DNA of 52,709 nucleotides, taken from positions 1 to 52,709 of the IMG/VR virus record IMGVR_UViG_3300035687_000009. One strand, written 5' to 3'. The position numbers and the translations under genes were made by a program. Shown here piece after piece: positions 18,088 through 28,643 of this stretch (its first letter is position 1; every line of letters starts with the position of its first letter). Origin of the DNA: a virus. Its lineage: Duplodnaviria; Caudoviricetes. The notes beneath the pieces are model-generated. The model was not told the origin of the DNA and did no database searches. It saw nothing but the letters and a program-made list of their open reading frames with translations.

Positions 18088-20343
18088 TTGGCAGAGAGAA
18101 CGGTAAACGTCAGGATAAATTACACGGTCAATACCGCTGAAATTCAAAAGGCCCAGGCTGCATCCCAAGCAGCCCAAAAAGCAACTGATGATCTAAGAAG
18201 AGCTTCTGAACAATATGGCAAGGCTTCCACCGCTGCCCATAAGGAAAACTCCGCCGGCGCCAAGCTGGCCTCTCATGATGTAGGCAGCCTTTCAAAAGAA
18301 TTCAATTCACTCTACAGCGCAATCAAACTTGTTATCTCTGCGGGACTGGCTAGAGAATTATTTGATGCAACACTGGCAGCGGCAAAACTATCTGGAACAA
18401 TAGATGGAGTGCAAAGGGCATTCAATAGAATCCCAAATGCGACACTTATAATGAATCAACTCCGGAAGGCCACTCATGGAACGGTTTCGGATTTGGAGTT
18501 AATGCAAAAAGCCTTAACAGCTCAAAACTTTCGTATCCCATTAGAAAAATTAGGTACTCTTCTTGAGTTCGCGGCAGTCAAAGCTCAACAGACAGGCCAG
18601 GAGGTAAATCACTTAGTTGATTATATAGTTTCAGGTATTGGTTATCGCTCCATCAAACGTCTTGATGACTTAGGCTTCACGGCGAATCGTGTGAAGGAGG
18701 CATTAGGTGGAGTCAGTCTTCAGGCTGCTGACATGGGACAGGTGATGGATGCTGTTACAAAATTAATGGCTGAGGATTTAGGAAAAACTGGTGGGTTCGC
18801 CAAAACTTCCGCCACCGAGGTCGAGCGGTTAGCGATAAAATGGAATGCGCTTAAAGTAGCTGTATCCGAAGCGTTAACCTCTCCAGCGTTACTAAAATTC
18901 TACGAGGGTACTGTAGATGCTCTAAAGGAAGGCTTCAATGTAACCTTTGGTAATAATGAAAAAATAAGGGAACAAGAGGTTAAACGCGCAGCGGCTGAAG
19001 AGGTTGAGAGTTTCAAAAAAATGCATCTTACTAAAGAGGTATTAAAAAGTAAGGAAAAAATAAACACTGTAATTCAAAAGGAGATTGATTCCAATAAAAT
19101 TGTCATAGCTGATAATGAGAAAGAAATGGCTCAGCTAAAAGAAAGATTCGCCTTTTTAACAGATGAGGCAAATACAAGACATAGGGATCATAATGAAACA
19201 CAGGAAGAAATTGACCGGATAAAGGAGCAGCATAAATATTATCTAGAGAGAAACGCAGTTCTTCGGGAAGGCAATAATATTCTTTTTGAATATAGAGAAG
19301 AGCTGGAAAAAACTCTTAAAAGTGGCAGTATACCGGTAATGATTTTCAAGGCGGGGTTCGATGATGAGGCATCATTCCGGGAATACAAAAGAATTAAGAA
19401 AGAGATTGAAGACGACTCTAAAAAAGACGAGATAGATTTTACGTTCAAATTCTCAGAAGAAGATGCCAAAAGAGTCCAACAGGAGGCTTACGATTTCATG
19501 AAGGGTGAACTTGCTAAGGATGATGGGCCTTCGATAGAATTGGCTGATATTCTTTTTGGGCCAGAAAAAAAACGATCAACAGATTGGGAACTTTTAAGGG
19601 ACGAGTTCAAAGAAAACTGGCGTGGGATATTATCTCAGGGATTTGATGATACCGCGAATTTCTTACACATGCTTCAAGAGGCTGAATTGAGCCAGATGCA
19701 GAATAGAATAACGAACATTAGAAATCATTATGATAATGAATTATTACTCGCTGGGGATAACGAGCGGCGTAAAAAAGAAATAGCGATTAAGGAAGCCCGC
19801 GAAATTGAAAAAGTTAGAAGGGATATCGCCATGAAAGAATGGCAATCCAGAAGAAACGGCGTCTTAATAGATACTGCCGCCGGTATCGCAAAAAACTTCG
19901 CGCAATATCCATGGCCTGAGTGGATCATCCCTGTTGCAGTCACCACAGCACAAGGGGCTGCACAACTTTCAGCTATTGACAGGGCAAGGCCACGTTTTGC
20001 AAAAGGCGTCCTAAATCTTCAGGGGCCAGGGACAGGAACAAGTGATTCTATTTCTGCTTACCTCTCAAAGGGTGAATCCGTAATGACAGCCGATGAAACC
20101 AGGAATTCATTAGGCATCCTAAAAGCAATCAAAGAAAATAAAATTGACGACCGTATACTAAAAAATATTGATTTCACCGGCGGGCGCACAGTTCATGCCT
20201 CATTGAACGATTCTCGAATTGTAGACGAATTACAGGCGATCAGAAAGGGCCAGTACAACATCGAAGAGCAGGGACGTCAATTATTCAGAGTCTATTCCGA
20301 TCGCCAGGGTAACAAGAAACGCATAAGAAGCAAATCCATTTAA
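18088..20343 (+). CDS. Tail tape measure protein
   Basis: Ala-rich helical N-terminus, long helical body, FAKG..LQGPGTGTSDSISAYLSKGESVMTA motif; TTG start. Confidence 0.85.
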   Translation: MAERTVNVRINYTVNTAEIQKAQAASQAAQKATDDLRRASEQYGKASTAAHKENSAGAKLASHDVGSLSKEFNSLYSAIKLVISAGLARELFDATLAAAKLSGTIDGVQRAFNRIPNATLIMNQLRKATHGTVSDLELMQKALTAQNFRIPLEKLGTLLEFAAVKAQQTGQEVNHLVDYIVSGIGYRSIKRLDDLGFTANRVKEALGGVSLQAADMGQVMDAVTKLMAEDLGKTGGFAKTSATEVERLAIKWNALKVAVSEALTSPALLKFYEGTVDALKEGFNVTFGNNEKIREQEVKRAAAEEVESFKKMHLTKEVLKSKEKINTVIQKEIDSNKIVIADNEKEMAQLKERFAFLTDEANTRHRDHNETQEEIDRIKEQHKYYLERNAVLREGNNILFEYREELEKTLKSGSIPVMIFKAGFDDEASFREYKRIKKEIEDDSKKDEIDFTFKFSEEDAKRVQQEAYDFMKGELAKDDGPSIELADILFGPEKKRSTDWELLRDEFKENWRGILSQGFDDTANFLHMLQEAELSQMQNRITNIRNHYDNELLLAGDNERRKKEIAIKEAREIEKVRRDIAMKEWQSRRNGVLIDTAAGIAKNFAQYPWPEWIIPVAVTTAQGAAQLSAIDRARPRFAKGVLNLQGPGTGTSDSISAYLSKGESVMTADETRNSLGILKAIKENKIDDRILKNIDFTGGRTVHASLNDSRIVDELQAIRKGQYNIEEQGRQLFRVYSDRQGNKKRIRSKSI

Positions 20344-23300
20344 ATGGGAAATCCTAAATTCAGATTCACGCTTTCCCATAATCCAACCTTGCAGTTTGCA
20401 AATTATGATTTCAATGCGCTAACAAATTGGGAACAGATCACGCCCGCCGGGCATCAGGCTTTTTCGTACGATCAGGTAACCGGATCCGCGCTATCTGATG
20501 GATCATCCTCAAACCTGGCCAACACTGGATATTTAGGGCAAACACGCCAGGGGGGATGGCCAGTGGGAACGTACACAATAGAAATAGCCGCAACGAATCT
20601 TTCCAGCGGCGGAAGCTCTCCTTATGTGTCCGGACTCGTCGTTCAGGGGTCAAATGATGGTGTGTCACTGGCTACCTCAATCGCTTATTCCGGAGATGGA
20701 AGCTGGACCGCTGGCGGATTTGCGACCAAAACCATAACATTTACAACTACTCAGGTTTGGCCTTACTTATTTTTTGGATTCACCAAACAAGGGCCATCAA
20801 CAGGATATGAGATATACTTTGCTGTCAGGTATATCCAAATAAATAGCACCACGGATACTAATGACATTAAGGTAATTTCAGAGCCCGATGGATGGAAAGA
20901 TGCTGTTTTGAAATTAGAGCGCCATCCAGATTTCCATTCATTGGTTGAATACTTCGAGGGTGGATTTATTTTTTATGGAAGCAATGGCAATAAAGATGGT
21001 GGACTGGACTTTATCAAAAGCCATGAGGCAGCATATGGGGTTGATGTTACTATTGAGATCCTTATTGAATTATCATTTAACGAAGGCCTTTCCTACGTAA
21101 CTGTTTTTGACGGACTGCTGGATATTTCAGAGATCCAGGAGTTACCAGATAATAAAATCGAAGTTCCTATTATTCGGGATGATCTATGGGTTAAGTTTAT
21201 TAATCGGCGCGACACTCCGGTGAGTTTATCCAGTACTACAGATCTTGATGGTAACCCGGTTGCTCCGGTAGATCCTATCGACATTAATCTTCCATCTCAG
21301 CCGGTCCGGCAAAGCTACATAGCGCACCTTGACAGGACTGCCGGCTATCCCGGCTTACCAGGGGTGGAAATAACCGATAACAACACCTATGTACAATTCG
21401 ACTGGAATATTGCATCGCTCTCTGAGATCGCAGAGAAATTCACACTCCCAATAATTGATAACCCAGGGATACCAGTTCCGCTATTCAGTTTTAAATACGC
21501 AGGGAGATACGTTATAAACATAACCATCGATATCTCCGATGATGCCCTTGAGGGGTCCGGACCTTCATTTGCTCCGAGCACATACCTAAATATTTTCTTC
21601 CAGCTTAATAATGACACACGAATTGTTTTTACTAAAACCAATGTTCCTGTTGGTATTGGTGCTCTTAGAACCAGGTACACATTCTCTACAACGCTGTCTA
21701 TACATGACCCTGGAGCGGAAATAAGAATTTACGGTGAGCGCAGTAATACCGATGAGTTTTATATAATGTATCAGAAATTCGATTCTGTTAATGGAATTGA
21801 GGTGTATAATAATATCTCCATTATTGCAGATACTACCTATGAAAGCACTGAGGCGCAGGGCTATTTCCTCCATGATGTTTTTGCGGGGATAATTGAAAGG
21901 ATCGTGGGGCGCAATGCTTTTTACAGCACCGTTTTAGGGCGCACGGATACAAATTTACGGCAGTACGATGCAAATGGTTGCTACTCTGCTTTTGTTATTT
22001 TAAAAGGTCTACAGCTTCGTGGGTATACACTTACTGAAAAACCTTTCTTTATCTCCTTTAATCAAGCGTGGAAAATCGCCGATCCTATTTTTAATCTAGG
22101 ACTCGGGTACAATCAAATCTCAGGGGTTGATATTATAGAGCTTGAAAAAAAGTCCGATTTTTATGATAAGGATAATATCTCAGTAAGCATCAGTAACACG
22201 CAGCCCACCAGGGAATATGACAACAACCGGATATTCAAAAAAATAAATATCGGTTATAGCCAATGGGAAAGTGAGGATGTTTCAGGGATGGATGACCCTC
22301 ATGCCAAACAGGTAAGGGCCACCGCTATTGCCAAGACAGGCGTAGAATTTTCGGCGCATTGCGAAGGCATTGCCGCATCAATAGCGATAGAAACAACTAT
22401 AAGGCAGCGACAGGAAAAAACTAAAGATTACAAATTCGATAATAATAATTTCATCATCCATCTGTATAGTGATGACCTGAGCCCGGATAGGTACCGTCCT
22501 GAATTTAGCGAGAACTTTAATTCAATATCTAACCTGAATAACTCCGATCAAAGGTATAATCTTATCCTTACACCTTTAAGAAATTTTCTCCGCTGGGCGA
22601 ATTACTTCAATGGCTGTCTTCAGAAATACCTCACCTCATCCTACAGGTTCGTTTCAGGGGAGGGTAACTATGATATGGAGAGTGATTATAATTGCGCGAC
22701 CGGGCAAAGCTGTTTAGGGATTATTTGTGATAACCTTGCCGAGGATAGCGATATAAGTTTATCAGTTTACGGTCCAGGGATAGGGTTTATTCATCTTCCA
22801 GATCTATTTACCTTAAATACAAAACTAAATTGGGAGAACTATTTATCCATCAGGACCAATAGAAAATATGCTATCTCTTTTAGCCAGACCACCTCAAACC
22901 ACAAAAAACTTTTAATTGATAAACTGGAATACACACTTTGCAGAAGCAAGGTTAAGATAGTAGGCTGGGCAGGGGAACAAATTGATTTAACGGTTCCTCT
23001 ATCACTACAGCCCGCGTCTGTGATGTGCTCATCGCCGGTTATTAATAGTGCAGCACCTATCGAATATGATGAATCATACCAGGATATTCTCGATAGGGCC
23101 ACAACACTGGGTTATAGCCTTCCATCAGAAGAGCAGAAGGTAAAGCAAAATAATTTTGTTATAGCCTTAAAAAATTTGGGGATATGGGATGATCTGGATA
23201 TCCTCTATGTCTTCGCCACAGACGGTGATTCAGATTTTGCAACGCTTAATTGGAAAGCACCGGCAAGTTTCCAGGCTTCAAAAGTTAGTAGCCCGACATT

Positions 23301-23820
23301 TACGGCTAATCAGGGATTCACAGGCAATGGATCGTCCGCTTACCTGGATACCGGATGGGCACCGGATCCTGATGGAGTTAATTATACTCAAAATGATGCA
23401 TGCGGGTTTGTGTACGTTAATAATTCCATTGCGGAATCACAGAAGTATGCATATGGCGCATTGAATAATACACCTAGTGCTTTCGGTCTTACGGCGATAA
23501 TACCGTATGCTCCCACAAATACTTATGGGGCCTATGTAAATGGCTTTGGTGTATCTGGCGCGAATAGTAATTCAAAAGGGTTTTACTCAGCGCACCGAAA
23601 TGGTGGCCAAATTACAGGTTATAAGAATGCAGTTCAGATAGCCACTGCGGCTATAGTCTCCAATGGATTAACCACAAATGATGTCGCTGTTTTAGCTGGG
23701 CGTGGAGACGCAGGGGCAGCGTCACACTCTAGTTATCAGGTTGGTGTATTTGGAATGGGGGCTAACATTTCAGAGTCATCTTTATATACCGCCTGGAACG
23801 ACTATTTCACAAGTTTATAA
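20344..23820 (+). CDS. Large tail tip/baseplate protein with beta-sandwich insert and C-terminal lectin-like domain
   Basis: 1158 aa right after the TMP; beta-rich; C-terminal about 250 aa G/S/N/aromatic-rich after a P/S linker. Confidence 0.7.
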   Translation: MGNPKFRFTLSHNPTLQFANYDFNALTNWEQITPAGHQAFSYDQVTGSALSDGSSSNLANTGYLGQTRQGGWPVGTYTIEIAATNLSSGGSSPYVSGLVVQGSNDGVSLATSIAYSGDGSWTAGGFATKTITFTTTQVWPYLFFGFTKQGPSTGYEIYFAVRYIQINSTTDTNDIKVISEPDGWKDAVLKLERHPDFHSLVEYFEGGFIFYGSNGNKDGGLDFIKSHEAAYGVDVTIEILIELSFNEGLSYVTVFDGLLDISEIQELPDNKIEVPIIRDDLWVKFINRRDTPVSLSSTTDLDGNPVAPVDPIDINLPSQPVRQSYIAHLDRTAGYPGLPGVEITDNNTYVQFDWNIASLSEIAEKFTLPIIDNPGIPVPLFSFKYAGRYVINITIDISDDALEGSGPSFAPSTYLNIFFQLNNDTRIVFTKTNVPVGIGALRTRYTFSTTLSIHDPGAEIRIYGERSNTDEFYIMYQKFDSVNGIEVYNNISIIADTTYESTEAQGYFLHDVFAGIIERIVGRNAFYSTVLGRTDTNLRQYDANGCYSAFVILKGLQLRGYTLTEKPFFISFNQAWKIADPIFNLGLGYNQISGVDIIELEKKSDFYDKDNISVSISNTQPTREYDNNRIFKKINIGYSQWESEDVSGMDDPHAKQVRATAIAKTGVEFSAHCEGIAASIAIETTIRQRQEKTKDYKFDNNNFIIHLYSDDLSPDRYRPEFSENFNSISNLNNSDQRYNLILTPLRNFLRWANYFNGCLQKYLTSSYRFVSGEGNYDMESDYNCATGQSCLGIICDNLAEDSDISLSVYGPGIGFIHLPDLFTLNTKLNWENYLSIRTNRKYAISFSQTTSNHKKLLIDKLEYTLCRSKVKIVGWAGEQIDLTVPLSLQPASVMCSSPVINSAAPIEYDESYQDILDRATTLGYSLPSEEQKVKQNNFVIALKNLGIWDDLDILYVFATDGDSDFATLNWKAPASFQASKVSSPTFTANQGFTGNGSSAYLDTGWAPDPDGVNYTQNDACGFVYVNNSIAESQKYAYGALNNTPSAFGLTAIIPYAPTNTYGAYVNGFGVSGANSNSKGFYSAHRNGGQITGYKNAVQIATAAIVSNGLTTNDVAVLAGRGDAGAASHSSYQVGVFGMGANISESSLYTAWNDYFTSL

Positions 23821-23896
23821 ATGTCAATAATTACTATTATATTTACCTTATCGTCCGGTCGTTCTGGAAATACAATACCTTCCACGTTTTTAGCGG

Positions 23897-25081
23897 TTGC
23901 TTTTTTCTGACGCTAATCCTGTTCAGTTCTGGAATATAAACTGCGATACTTTCAATGAAAAGGAAGTAGATGGAGTTTTTGCGCGATGTTTTTGCGCGCC
24001 TTTTAATTATGACGACGAGATCACGATCCAGTTTACCGACGCATCCGGGAACGCTTTTACACTTTACGTCCTTGATTCCGATAACAATATTCTATACACA
24101 TCTTCGGTAAGTGGATCTAATAATACATTCACGCATTCCTTTACTCCGTCTGCTCAAGGAATAACAGAGGACGAAGTTCAAATATTTATTGTTAGCAATG
24201 GCGGCGGGGCCTCAGTGATCAATAGTTTATTTGCCAGCAATCTCGACGGTTGGGTAAATGAGGGATCTGGAGTCTCATGGTTATGGGATTCATCAGAGGG
24301 TGGATGTGCCACAACAGCGTTAGGGCTGAATAACCAGTCAACCAAACAACTTGTTATGTATGTTTCAGGGGCTGAAACCACCATGCTTTATAACCTGGTG
24401 CTGGATATCGTTCTTTTTACCTTCACTTCACAGACAGCGAATTTATTGATACAAGCCTATGATGGAGGTACGCTTGTATCAACCTTGTACGATGAGGATA
24501 TCGTTTTTAGTGCCTCACAATCCTACCCGATAAACACCATCGTTGCGATTCCAAAGTTCACAAATATTAAGGTGACATATTCGACAAATGGTGAGTCAAA
24601 TATTTTCCTAAAGTCATATGTGAGCGCTGTGAAAGGAGGTACCGGAGCAAAGTCTGATTGTATTGACATTAAGCCAGATCATGACGAAACTGTTTTAATT
24701 AATTACCACAACAACAGGGTTTTCGCTTCTTTGAACTCCTCAGTGGGCACCCCTGATCCTGAATTTAATCTTCGGATACCGGCGATATTTTTTGAGGAAC
24801 GATTCCCGGAGGAAATCGAAGAAATAGAATTGAGTGATAATAGTTCAATACAACTCAATGCACAAGTGAAATCGCAGAAGTTTTTAAAAGTAAAACCAAT
24901 GCCTTTTTACATGCATAAAAAAACAAAGCTGGCATTGTCATTCCAGACAGTAACCATTGACGGTGAGGAGTGGATTAAATCTGAAGCTTATGAAATTCAA
25001 GCCGGCAATGAGCGACATCCTTTCCGAAAAGCAACTTGCTGGCTGACGGAGAAGGATTATTTGGTAAGAAACGTTTTATAA
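23897..25081 (+). CDS. Tail structural protein
   Basis: Position, beta-rich composition, TTG start. Confidence 0.6.
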   Translation: MLFSDANPVQFWNINCDTFNEKEVDGVFARCFCAPFNYDDEITIQFTDASGNAFTLYVLDSDNNILYTSSVSGSNNTFTHSFTPSAQGITEDEVQIFIVSNGGGASVINSLFASNLDGWVNEGSGVSWLWDSSEGGCATTALGLNNQSTKQLVMYVSGAETTMLYNLVLDIVLFTFTSQTANLLIQAYDGGTLVSTLYDEDIVFSASQSYPINTIVAIPKFTNIKVTYSTNGESNIFLKSYVSAVKGGTGAKSDCIDIKPDHDETVLINYHNNRVFASLNSSVGTPDPEFNLRIPAIFFEERFPEEIEEIELSDNSSIQLNAQVKSQKFLKVKPMPFYMHKKTKLALSFQTVTIDGEEWIKSEAYEIQAGNERHPFRKATCWLTEKDYLVRNVL

Positions 25082-25139
25082 TAGCAAATAACAAAAGTTC
25101 GCGTTAAGCGGAAATACAACAAAATCAATTTTTTATGCA

Positions 25140-25682
25140 GTGCCTACAAGTGTTTTTTGTGCCCAGGATTTGCCGGATTTCGTACAACGGGAATGCGGCG
25201 TTGAATTAGGTGGACTCACAGCTTTTGCGCTCATCCAGCGCGATCAAGCACCAACAGAAACAGACCTATATACATTGAGTTGGTGGCAGCAGAAATTAGC
25301 GGCCTCACCCCAAAAAGTTTGGGTTATTACCGATACACGGGGCTCTTACTCCGGTGGAACTCCAGTCGAAGAAGAAGGTTATGGAAAAGTGCCTACCATA
25401 CGTACCGGCGCAGACCATGAGGCTAATCTGGAAGTGAGAGGAATTTATGGCAATCGCAATTTCTCAGCGATTGTAAATCAGACAGCGAAATGGAATGCAT
25501 TCCTTGTTACCAACGGTGAGTTGGGACTTTATATCGAGGATGTTTCTGCTTACATGAAGTTAATAGTGGATCAGGGAATTAAAACCACAGCCAGGTGGGG
25601 TATAAACCTTAAATGGTCTGACGACATGAGCAATCCGCTCGTTGTTGATGCGAGCGCTCTTGATTCCATCTTTTCAAACTAA
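25140..25682 (+). CDS. Probable major tail tube protein
   Basis: 180 aa, CGVELGGLTAFALI N-terminus, followed by a terminator; GTG start. Confidence 0.55.
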   Translation: MPTSVFCAQDLPDFVQRECGVELGGLTAFALIQRDQAPTETDLYTLSWWQQKLAASPQKVWVITDTRGSYSGGTPVEEEGYGKVPTIRTGADHEANLEVRGIYGNRNFSAIVNQTAKWNAFLVTNGELGLYIEDVSAYMKLIVDQGIKTTARWGINLKWSDDMSNPLVVDASALDSIFSN

Positions 25683-25707
25683 GGGGCATTCATTTGCCCT
25701 TTTTTTT
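25681..25707 (+). terminator. Intrinsic terminator
   Basis: AAGGGGCA-TTCATT-TGCCCTTTTTTTT. Confidence 0.85.
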
Positions 25708-25718
25708 CCTTCATTCTT

Positions 25719-27539
25719 ATGATTTACGGAACCGAAGAATTTGACGAAATATTAATTAAAATTATCAAAGCCCCAAAGGATGAGGCTGGCTACCGTCATC
25801 CATGCTATGAAGATTCCTGTGCCCATGCAGAGGAAATGAGCTGGCATCTTTACGGGACTAAACCTGAAGCGTTACTCAGCAGCGCCCGCCCCAGGGAGGA
25901 TCCGGAAGTGACCGCTTACCGGTTAAAGAACTACCAACCTACTACTAAGTCGGCGGCAGATAAGGCTATTAATATCGTTTCGAAGATCTTCAATCCGAAC
26001 CTTTATTCCATCAGATGGGAGAAACAAAGTGAGAGTCAAAAAAAATTAAAGGAATACACTTTGGATTATTACCCTGAATATAATTCGGTAGTAAACTATA
26101 CAAAAGATGTTCTGCTAAGAAAAATGCTCGCAGATCCCAATGGTGTAGTAGCTATCAAGCTTGAGAATATTCCGGAAAAAACCTCGGAAGAAATTGTGCC
26201 CAGCTTAGTTGTTTACGGTTCGTCGGCTGTGTGGAATTACGACTATGATCATTTTCTTATCCACCTTAAAACGGAAGAAATTAAAGTAGGCCAGAAAAGG
26301 ATAACATGGTTCTATTTCGAATATTATGACAACGCTAATTATATCGAATTCCGGGCTTACGTCACCCCGAACGACAAATTAATAGTTGAGGACCTAAAAA
26401 ATTACCCTCACGGTTTCACTGAAATCCCTGCGTGGAAACTTCAGGGAAAAAGTGAGTCTAAAGACACCGGGGAAATTATGTATAAGTCATTCTTTGACTC
26501 AGCGGTGCCTTACTGGAACTATTCTATTATTCATGAGTCCGATGTGCTCGGGGCGTATATTAATCACATGCACCCATTGCGTGTAGAGCTTTCCGAGGAA
26601 TGTAATTACTTATGGGAAGGTAGATTCAAATGTGCCAGGGGTATTATCAAACTTGACACTGGCAGCACCATGGCTTGCCCGCATTGTGAAGGGTCAGGAT
26701 ACAAACCGGCCGGGCCTTACGGAGTATTCAAAGTGTCAAAGAAAAAACTCGAAGGCGGTGACGGGTTCTCTCCTGCTGAGGCGGTTTCTTATGTCAACAT
26801 CCCTGTAGATGCCACAAAAATGCTGGAGGAACGGGCGCACAAAATGCGGCAGATGGGAATGTGGGCTATCAATATGGATGTGGAGGATAAGGTGGGGGAA
26901 AATCAATCAGGGGTTGCCAAAGTGGTTGATCGCTCAGCTCAGTTCGATACGCTGTATAATATCGGGTCAGTGATCTTCGACGTTCACTTGCAGAATATTT
27001 TTTACTTTTTCAACCTGTATATGTTTGGGGTGAGCGATAAGTCCGTAGGGAAAGATCCTGAAAGCAATTTACCTGAGATCAACAAACCAACTCAGTTTGA
27101 TATTGCATCCACGGCAGAACTTGTCGCTAATTATAAGGTGGCAAAAGACTCCGGGCTGGACGCAAACTTTCTGCAGATAAAACAGATCGAAATAGGAACC
27201 AGGGATCTGACTACAAATCCAGACTTGAAGAAGTTTACAAATTTATTGCTTGACCTTGACCCGCTGCCTGGTATGGATGCGACCATGATAAGCCTGAATG
27301 TATCAAAACTATTCATTCGGCAGGTAGACGCGGTTATTCATAATAACATTAAGAGATTTTTGGAACGGGCCATTGAAGAGGATCCAAAATTCTTTGAGAA
27401 AAAACGCAGTGAACAAAAACTGAAGCTTGAGGAATATGGCCAGGAAATGATTACAGAGAATAAGCCTAAGATTGATCCAACTATTTTAGAGTATGTCAAA
27501 AACGAAAAGAAAGCCGCAGCGCATGGTGCGATTGCGTAA
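25719..27539 (+). CDS. Portal protein with Zn-finger-like insert
   Basis: 606 aa upstream of minor head/scaffold/capsid; YPHGFTEIPAWKL, QSGVAKVVDR, KPTQFDI; CPHCEGSG. Confidence 0.75.
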   Translation: MIYGTEEFDEILIKIIKAPKDEAGYRHPCYEDSCAHAEEMSWHLYGTKPEALLSSARPREDPEVTAYRLKNYQPTTKSAADKAINIVSKIFNPNLYSIRWEKQSESQKKLKEYTLDYYPEYNSVVNYTKDVLLRKMLADPNGVVAIKLENIPEKTSEEIVPSLVVYGSSAVWNYDYDHFLIHLKTEEIKVGQKRITWFYFEYYDNANYIEFRAYVTPNDKLIVEDLKNYPHGFTEIPAWKLQGKSESKDTGEIMYKSFFDSAVPYWNYSIIHESDVLGAYINHMHPLRVELSEECNYLWEGRFKCARGIIKLDTGSTMACPHCEGSGYKPAGPYGVFKVSKKKLEGGDGFSPAEAVSYVNIPVDATKMLEERAHKMRQMGMWAINMDVEDKVGENQSGVAKVVDRSAQFDTLYNIGSVIFDVHLQNIFYFFNLYMFGVSDKSVGKDPESNLPEINKPTQFDIASTAELVANYKVAKDSGLDANFLQIKQIEIGTRDLTTNPDLKKFTNLLLDLDPLPGMDATMISLNVSKLFIRQVDAVIHNNIKRFLERAIEEDPKFFEKKRSEQKLKLEEYGQEMITENKPKIDPTILEYVKNEKKAAAHGAIA

Positions 27540-27548
27540 GGTATACAA

Positions 27549-28406
27549 ATGACAGCGCAGCGATTAGCGGTGAATACTGAAAATCTTATCATTGAAACGG
27601 TGGAGGAATTTACTATTGGTGTTGGTCGTGTTCAAAACTCCGTCTATAACCAGCTGATCAGAAGTGTTAAAAATCTGGAATTAGATTCAGATGGATATAT
27701 TTTACAGAATGCGGCAAACAGAAAAATCCTGTACGAGGCTGAGGAATTAATTAATATACTACTCCCTGGTGAGGATTTCACAAGGATAGTCTCTGAAACA
27801 ATCGCGGTGCTTCCGCAGATCGATGTGTTAAACTCAGAATACTTCAGCACTATTTCCGACAAGTTCAATCCATCACGGAATTATTTTAAGGTGCTGCAGA
27901 GTCAAACCATTGAGAAGATTGAATCTTTTCTTTTGCGTGATGGACTTTCTTTTGCCGTTAAAACCCCGCTTAAAGATATTTTGAATCTGAATATTAATAC
28001 AGGTGGCAGTTTCGATGGGTTCCTTCAGCAACTAAGAAACTTCATTTTAGGAGACAATGAACTGGACGGAAGATTGATAAGCTATTCACGCGGACTCTTA
28101 AAAGATACGTTATTTAATTATTCGCGTGCATATCAACAGGCTGTGACGGCAGATTTAAAACTTGTTTATTTCCTATACGCCGGAGGACTAATGGATAAGA
28201 GCCGGGATTTTTGCATCGAGCGCAGCGGGAGGTTTTTCCATGAATCAGAAATAATAGAGTGGGCTAAACTTGATTGGAAGGGACGAAACAAGGACACCAC
28301 AGAAAGCTCGATCTTTATTTATTGCGGAGGTCATAATTGCTCCCATTCTATGATCCCGGTCAGTGAATTTATGGTGCCGGTAGAACAGCGTATTAATATA
28401 GAGTAA
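27549..28406 (+). CDS. Minor head protein (MuF/SPP1 gp7-like)
   Basis: Follows the portal; YAGGLMDKSRDFC...GGHNCSHSMIP. Confidence 0.7.
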   Translation: MTAQRLAVNTENLIIETVEEFTIGVGRVQNSVYNQLIRSVKNLELDSDGYILQNAANRKILYEAEELINILLPGEDFTRIVSETIAVLPQIDVLNSEYFSTISDKFNPSRNYFKVLQSQTIEKIESFLLRDGLSFAVKTPLKDILNLNINTGGSFDGFLQQLRNFILGDNELDGRLISYSRGLLKDTLFNYSRAYQQAVTADLKLVYFLYAGGLMDKSRDFCIERSGRFFHESEIIEWAKLDWKGRNKDTTESSIFIYCGGHNCSHSMIPVSEFMVPVEQRINIE

Positions 28407-28519
28407 AAAACCCCTGATTCACTAGCCAAACGGATCAGGGGTCAAGGACTTCGCTGCATGTATTGGATCAGCAACGCACATGCAAATTAGCCATTTAAAA
28501 GGGGTTTACAAAATATTTA

Positions 28520-28560
28520 ATCCCATAATTGGAAATTATCCCAAAAGGGTATACTTTAGT
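28520..28560 (+). promoter_or_regulatory. Putative late promoter/operator upstream of the head operon
   Basis: ATCCCATAATTGGAAA and ATCCCAAAAGGGTA, 18 bp apart like the pair before terS. Confidence 0.55.
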
Positions 28561-28643
28561 GCTTGTTATCCTTAGATAACGAACCGGGCTTAAAAGGCCA
28601 ATACAATTAAAACTTCCACCGCCCCATTCCTGGGGGAATATTT

